In this document: in pieces, positions 59,515 through 64,000 of the stretch
How positions within the stretch are numbered: position 1 is the stretch's first letter
How the letters are laid out: each line of letters starts with the position of its first letter
NCBI GenBank assembly: GCA_019244185.1
Contig: JAFATB010000002.1
Coordinates: 32,001 to 96,000, forward strand
Reading direction: 5' to 3'
Source: Acidobacteriota bacterium
Lineage (GTDB): Bacteria; Acidobacteriota; Thermoanaerobaculia; Gp7-AA8
Length of the DNA: 64,000 nucleotides
The notes under the pieces: model-generated
What the model saw: only the letters and a program-made list of their open reading frames with translations
Database searches by the model: none
Told to the model about the DNA's origin: nothing
Translations under genes and position numbers: made by a program

Positions 59515-60186
59515 ATGACGGACGACGTCCTTTCCGAGCTCGCACTGCTCCGCGACCTCGGCTACACGCATCTCGATCTCCGTGTTTCCGTGCCGCTGCC
59601 GGCCGTCGTCGAAACGGCCGAAGCGGTCGACGAAGACCCGTGGATCGCGCTCAGCGCCGCCGCGCACGAATGCACGCGCTGCCGCCTCGCCGGCACGCGC
59701 ACGAACGTCGTCTTCGGGGTCGGCAACCGCAACGCGGACCTCATGTTCGTCGGCGAGGCACCCGGCCGCGATGAAGATCTCAAGGGCGAGCCGTTCGTCG
59801 GTCGCGCGGGGCAGCTCCTCACCGACATCATCAAGGCCATGAAGCTCACGCGCGACGACGTCTACATCGCAAACGTGATCAAGTGCCGGCCGCCCGAGAA
59901 CCGCAACCCCGAGCCCGACGAGCTCGACGCCTGCCGTCCGTACATTCGTCAACAGGTTGACCTCATCCGCCCGAAGGTCATCGTGGCCCTCGGCCGCTTC
60001 GGCCTGCAGAGCCTCACCGGCAAGTCGTACGGCATCACCGCCGTGCGCGGGCAGTGGCTCGAGTACAACGGCATCAAGCTCATGCCGACCTACCATCCCG
60101 CGTACCTGCTCCGCAATCCGGCGGGGAAGAAGGACGTGTGGCTGGACATGAAGAAGGTGATGGCGGAGCTGGGGATCGCGGTGTAG
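59515..60186 (+). CDS. Uracil-DNA glycosylase family 4
   Basis: CTRCRL, GEAPG, FVGRAG, KCRPP.NR.P, TYHPAY. Confidence 0.93.
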   Translation: MTDDVLSELALLRDLGYTHLDLRVSVPLPAVVETAEAVDEDPWIALSAAAHECTRCRLAGTRTNVVFGVGNRNADLMFVGEAPGRDEDLKGEPFVGRAGQLLTDIIKAMKLTRDDVYIANVIKCRPPENRNPEPDELDACRPYIRQQVDLIRPKVIVALGRFGLQSLTGKSYGITAVRGQWLEYNGIKLMPTYHPAYLLRNPAGKKDVWLDMKKVMAELGIAV

Positions 60187-62624
60187 TGCCCGGCGTCGCA
60201 CGCTATGCGCAGGTCGCGATTCCCGTCGCCGTCCACGACACGTTCACCTACGGCGTGCCCGATGCGCTCCGCGACGGCGTACGCCTCGGCGCGCGCGTGG
60301 AAGTGCCGTTCGGCGCGAAGCTGACGACGGGGTTCGTCGTCGGTCTGCTCGACGAAGTTCCCGCCGCTGCCGCGTCGGCGAAGCTGCGTCCGATCCGCGC
60401 GGTGCTCGACGAAGAAGAACCGGCGCTGATCCCCGAGATCATCGATCTCTGCCGCTGGGCCGCGGAATACTACATCGCGCCGCTCGGCGACATGCTGCGC
60501 GTCGCGCTTCCCGCGAACATGGCCGCGCGCGGACGACGGCAGGCGACGCTCGTCGCGACGCCGGAGATGATCGTCACCGCGCGCGACGCGAAGCAGATCC
60601 TGAAGACCGATCTGCCGCTGCTCGACGAGCTCGCGAAACGTCCGCTGCCGCTCGCGCAGATCTTCGAAGAGTTGCGCGTGCCGCGCACCGCGGTCGAGCG
60701 TCTGCGCGACGCCGGCATCATCACCGTCGGCGATCGGCTGCGCGATGCGGAAGGCGTCCGCTACGACCGCTTCGTCGTGCTCGACACCGCGCCGGAGACC
60801 TTGACGCCGAAGCAGCGCATCGCGGTCGACCTGCTGCAGGCGCGCGGCGGCGAGCTTTCCGTGCGCGCGCTCGAACACGCGGGCGTGAGCGCGGCGGTGC
60901 TCTCCGCCCTCGCGAAGAAGGAGATCGTGCGCATCGAACGGCGCGCGCGCCGGCACACGCTCGACGCGTTTCTCGCGGGACTCGAAGGCGTCGAAGCGGG
61001 CGAGATCCGGCATTCCGAGGAACAACAGGCGGCGATCGATCGCGTGCGCTCGTCGCTCGGCACGTTCGCGCCGTTCCTGCTCGAAGGTGTCACCGGCAGC
61101 GGGAAAACCGAGGTTTACATCGAGTTGATGCGAGACGTCGTGAAGCGGGGAGAGCAGGCGTTGCTGCTCGTGCCGGAGATCTCGCTCACGCCGGTGTTCG
61201 CATCGCGGCTGAAAGAACGCTTCGGCGAGCGCATCGCCATCCTGCACAGCAATCTCTCCGCGAGCGAGCGGTACGACCAATGGTGGCGCGCGCGCCGCGG
61301 GGAAGTCGACGTCGCGATCGGCCCGCGCTCAGCGCTCTTCACGCCGTTCCAGCGCCTCGGCCTCATCGTCGTCGACGAGGAAGGGGACGGCGCGTACAAG
61401 CAGGAAGAGTCGCCGCGCTACAACGCGCGCGATCTCGCCGTCGTGCGCGCGCAGTTCCGCAAGATCCCGGTCGTTCTCGGCTCCGCGACGCCGTCGCTCG
61501 AATCGCGCGAGAACGCCGCGCGCGGCAAGTACGAACTGCTCCTGATGCGCAAGCGCGTCGAGGCGCGGCCGCTACCGGACGTGGAAATCGTTGACTTGCG
61601 GCACGAGCGCGCGGAGAAGGAAGACAAAGGCTTCGTCATCTTCGGCGTGCCGACGAAAGAGACCATGCGCGCGACGTTCGACGCCGGCGAGCAGGTGATC
61701 GTCCTCATCAATCGCCGCGGCTACGCGCCGTATCTGCTCTGCCGCGAATGCGGCCACGAGTTCCGCTGCCGCGACTGCAGTGTGACGCTGACGGTACATC
61801 GCCGCCAGAACCTGCTCATCTGCCACTACTGCGGTCTGCGCAAGCCGATCCCGAAGGCGTGTCCGCTCTGCAACGGCGAGGTGCTGCAGCCGATCGGCTT
61901 CGGCACCGAGAAAGTGGAAGAGCGCTTTCACCGCGATTTTCCGGATGTTTCGGTCGAGGTGCTCGACCGCGACTCGACGCGGAAGAAGGGCTCGCTCGTG
62001 GCGATCCTCGATCGCTTCCGCCGCGGCGACACGCGCGCATTGATCGGCACGCAGATGCTCAGCAAGGGACATCACTTCCCGAACGTGACGCTCACCGCGG
62101 TGCTCAACGCCGACTCGATCCTCGGCTATCCCGACTTCCGTTCCGCGGAGAAGACGTTCTATCTGCTGACGCAGGTCGCGGGTCGCGCGGGACGCGGCGA
62201 GCTGCGCGGCAAGGTGCTGATCCAGACCGCGTTTCCGCAGCACTACGCGATCCAGCACGCGCTGCGGCACGACTACGAGGCGTTCTACGAATCGGAGATC
62301 CAGTTCCGCAAGACGTTTCACTATCCGCCGGTGACGTCGATGATCGCGATCCTCCTGCGAGGGGAGAACGTCGGCGACGTCGATCGCGCGGCGCGCGAAT
62401 GCGGGCGCATGCTCGAAGAGGCGGTCGAGCCGCTCGCGGGGACGCGGCTGCAGGGTCCCGCGCCGGCGCCGCTCGCGCGCATCAAAGGCGTGTGGCGCTA
62501 CCAGATTCTGCTGCGCTCACCGCAACGCGTCGCGTTGCGACGCGCGGTCGAGGCGGTGATGCTGCCGCGGAAGTGGAAAGGCGTCGACGTCGCCATCGAC
62601 GTCGATCCGCTGAACATCCTTTAG
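60186..62624 (+). CDS. priA: Primosomal protein N'
   Basis: [28 protein letters not shown], four CxxC motifs, GTQMLSKG, QVAGRAGR, IDVDP. Confidence 0.96.
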   Translation: MPGVARYAQVAIPVAVHDTFTYGVPDALRDGVRLGARVEVPFGAKLTTGFVVGLLDEVPAAAASAKLRPIRAVLDEEEPALIPEIIDLCRWAAEYYIAPLGDMLRVALPANMAARGRRQATLVATPEMIVTARDAKQILKTDLPLLDELAKRPLPLAQIFEELRVPRTAVERLRDAGIITVGDRLRDAEGVRYDRFVVLDTAPETLTPKQRIAVDLLQARGGELSVRALEHAGVSAAVLSALAKKEIVRIERRARRHTLDAFLAGLEGVEAGEIRHSEEQQAAIDRVRSSLGTFAPFLLEGVTGSGKTEVYIELMRDVVKRGEQALLLVPEISLTPVFASRLKERFGERIAILHSNLSASERYDQWWRARRGEVDVAIGPRSALFTPFQRLGLIVVDEEGDGAYKQEESPRYNARDLAVVRAQFRKIPVVLGSATPSLESRENAARGKYELLLMRKRVEARPLPDVEIVDLRHERAEKEDKGFVIFGVPTKETMRATFDAGEQVIVLINRRGYAPYLLCRECGHEFRCRDCSVTLTVHRRQNLLICHYCGLRKPIPKACPLCNGEVLQPIGFGTEKVEERFHRDFPDVSVEVLDRDSTRKKGSLVAILDRFRRGDTRALIGTQMLSKGHHFPNVTLTAVLNADSILGYPDFRSAEKTFYLLTQVAGRAGRGELRGKVLIQTAFPQHYAIQHALRHDYEAFYESEIQFRKTFHYPPVTSMIAILLRGENVGDVDRAARECGRMLEEAVEPLAGTRLQGPAPAPLARIKGVWRYQILLRSPQRVALRRAVEAVMLPRKWKGVDVAIDVDPLNIL

Positions 62625-62659
62625 CGTTTCCGCGCGTCCAAGCAGAAAGGAGGCGGCTC

Positions 62660-63163
62660 ATGCATCTCGTTCTCGCCCTTCTGTTCGCGACCGCGGCCGA
62701 CAAGCTCCTCGTCAATCCGCGCATCGATATGGACGCGTATCTCCGCGCCGCGAAAGCGGCGGCCGCCGATCGCGTCACGCACCGCGTGTCCGAAGACGAC
62801 TTCCTGAAGATGGCCGCGGAGCCGGGCACGATCGTGCTCGACGCGCGGAGCCGCGCGCTGTTCGACCGGTTGCACATCAAAGGCGCGGTCAACCTGAGCT
62901 TCCCCGACATCGGCTACGCCTCGCTCGCCGAGACGATCCCCGACAAGAACACGCGCATCCTCATCTACTGCAACAACAACTTCGAGAACGACATCAAGGC
63001 GTTCCCGCTCAAGTCCGCGAACGCGTCGCTGAATCTCTCCACCTACATCGCGCTCTACAGCTACGGCTATCGCAACGTCTACGAGCTCGGTCCGCTGCTC
63101 GATGTGAACAATTCGAAACTGTCGTTCGAGGGCAGCGAACGGCCGCACGAAGGCGCGCAGTAA
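62660..63163 (+). CDS. Exported rhodanese-like domain protein
   Basis: AAGGAGG SD; signal-like N-terminus; VLDARS, HIKGAVNL, ILIYCNNN, GYRNVYEL. Confidence 0.85.
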   Translation: MHLVLALLFATAADKLLVNPRIDMDAYLRAAKAAAADRVTHRVSEDDFLKMAAEPGTIVLDARSRALFDRLHIKGAVNLSFPDIGYASLAETIPDKNTRILIYCNNNFENDIKAFPLKSANASLNLSTYIALYSYGYRNVYELGPLLDVNNSKLSFEGSERPHEGAQ

Positions 63164-63172
63164 CATGCGTGC

Positions 63173-64000
63173 ATGCTCGCTGCGATTCTGGTCGTCTCAC
63201 GTCTCCTCGGACTGATCTCCGGCCAACATCCGCTGCCGCTGCAAGTCGCTCCCGAGGTTCGCAAGATCGAGATTCTGCGCGACGGCAAAGTCGTCGAGAC
63301 GCTGAACGGCGAGCCGTGGAACGCGACCATCGACCTCGGCACCGAGCTCGAGCCGCAGGAACTGACGGTCGTCGCGTACGACGAGAAAGGCAACGAGCTC
63401 GCGCGCGACACGCAGAACGTCAACCTGCCGCGCCCGCCCGCGGAGGCGTTCATCGATCTCGACAAGAGCGGCTCGCGGATGAAGGCGACGGTGCGCTGGC
63501 AGCACATCAACGGCGAGAAGCCGATGTATCTCGCGCTGCGCCTCGACGGAAAGAAGATCTCGAAGGGCGACACGACCGTGACGCTGCCGAGTATCGACAT
63601 GAACGCGATGCACGTGCTCGACGCGGAGATTGGATTCCCCGGCGACGTCGTGGCGAAGAAGGAGCTCGTGTTCGGCGGTCTGTACGCCGACGAGGAGCCG
63701 ACGGAGCTGACCGGCATCATCGCGCGGCAGTCGGGCGAAGGCGCGGCCGATCCGACGAACTGCTTTCACATCGACGGCAAGCCGGTCGACGCGCGCGGCA
63801 TCGAGAAAGGCGAGGCGCTGGTCATCGTCGTGCGCGGCAGCGGCTTCGTGAACACGCGCAAGGCGCTGGCCGTGCCGCGGAAGCTGCAGGATGCGACGCC
63901 GGCGAGCGATTTCGATCTCGCAGACGCGAAGATGCGTCTCATCTTTCCGACGCCGCGCACGTTCCAGATGGGCAAGAACGAGCCGGTCGTGAACCTCTTC
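63173..64000 (+). CDS. Hypothetical exported protein (runs off window)
   Basis: Open frame MLAAILVVSRLLGLISGQHPL...DLGTELEPQELTVVAYDEKGNELARDTQNVNLPRP with host-like codons; Ig-like beta character. Confidence 0.7.
   Translation, partial: MLAAILVVSRLLGLISGQHPLPLQVAPEVRKIEILRDGKVVETLNGEPWNATIDLGTELEPQELTVVAYDEKGNELARDTQNVNLPRPPAEAFIDLDKSGSRMKATVRWQHINGEKPMYLALRLDGKKISKGDTTVTLPSIDMNAMHVLDAEIGFPGDVVAKKELVFGGLYADEEPTELTGIIARQSGEGAADPTNCFHIDGKPVDARGIEKGEALVIVVRGSGFVNTRKALAVPRKLQDATPASDFDLADAKMRLIFPTPRTFQMGKNEPVVNLF

Overview
GC-rich bacterial chromosomal segment, densely coding. Gene order and content suggest Acidobacteriota, possibly Thermoanaerobaculia (inference only). It is mostly housekeeping: lysA, thyA-folA, aspS-aroB, PBP1A, uvrB, uvrC, rnpB, recG, trpS-scpA-scpB-rluB-cmk-rpsA-sppA-ihf, lpxB-msbA-DUF374-yicC-gmk-rpoZ-coaBC-udg-priA. 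Accessory patches include a secreted intradiol-dioxygenase-like gene with an ECF sigma/FecR pair, a frameshift-bearing patch with an AbrB-VapC toxin-antitoxin pair, and a block between uvrB and uvrC. The most notable items are: (1) an orphan DUF4157 protein with three divergent helical repeats and an unrecognised C-terminal domain, overlapping a MidA-like methyltransferase-TPR gene; (2) an A10 tract (A_AAA_AAC) that splits the DUF374/LpxJ-like acyltransferase next to lpxB-msbA; (3) an IHF/HU gene with a probable acidic N-terminal extension; (4) a cNMP-FHA protein that carries MKAVF at both ends. No CRISPR array, tRNA, rRNA or transposase was seen. Several 1-bp frameshifts could be assembly errors.
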